A stretch of DNA of 61,739 nucleotides, counting the filler, from Choristocarpus tenellus KU-1152 (taxonomy: Eukaryota; Protista; Phaeophyceae), in NCBI GenBank assembly GCA_964200185.2. It is 6 parts of 6 records of this genome, joined end to end, with 100 filler letters (N's around TTAATTAATTAA, not from the genome) between each part and the next. Parts side by side here need not be neighbours in the genome. Positions count along the whole stretch, not along the records: positions 59,022 to 61,739 come from CAXNAD020025336.1; 5 more parts are not named here. One strand, given 5' to 3'. The translations under genes were made by a program, and so were the position numbers. Below the pieces are notes generated by a model. It worked only from the letters and a program-made list of their open reading frames with translations. It did no database searches and was not told the origin of the DNA. Of this stretch, positions 61,582 through 61,739 are shown piece after piece. Position 1 is the first letter of the stretch. Every line of letters starts with the position of its first letter.

Positions 61582-61739
61582 GTGTTGAAACACATCTCAC
61601 TCAGCTGACTGAGCTGACTATCTGCTCGGTAGCTCAGAGGTTTACTAGTGTTTCAACAAAAGCTACTCCCGGGGATCGCAAGTTGTTAGACTTGTTGAGG
61701 TTTCGCCCGAGGGTTGCTATCCCTCTAATCAGTGACCAG
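61582..61739. repeat. Second copy of the structured repeat at 21673-21801
   Basis: TGTTGAAACAC...GTGTTTCAACA inverted repeat plus the shared tail, running to the window end. Confidence 0.8.

Overview
Eukaryotic, intron-rich DNA. The gene structures and TTAGGG-type repeats suggest a stramenopile alga such as a brown alga or close relative (inference). The window is six contigs joined by artificial 100-nt linkers (44 N + TTAATTAATTAA + 44 N), so adjacency across linkers is unproven. Genes built by hand from splice sites and reading phase: (1) one S4 exon of a voltage/cyclic-nucleotide-gated channel (-); (2) ten exons of a PKD/REJ-type surface protein (+, 7.7-18.1 kb); (3) the 3' eleven exons of ATP-citrate lyase (-, 28.3-35.6 kb); (4) a long, disrupted exon encoding an acyl-CoA-binding-like segment, a transmembrane block and a fatty acyl-CoA reductase NAD(P)H-binding domain (+, 38.4-40.4 kb); (5) a complete 9-exon RAD23 (+, 52.2-57.2 kb). 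Introns and intergenic DNA hold many related MITEs (4-bp TSD where intact), a Stowaway-like MITE, a broken DD39D mariner transposase, Copia and LINE-like remnants, decayed ORFs and a minisatellite-rich block (41-49 kb). I found no CRISPR array, rRNA or intact tRNA. The best novelty leads are the putative ACBP-TM-FAR fusion, the mariner/Stowaway pair in an alga, a decayed transposase-like plus methyltransferase-like region, and a structured repeat with a hammerhead-like core. All are hypotheses.
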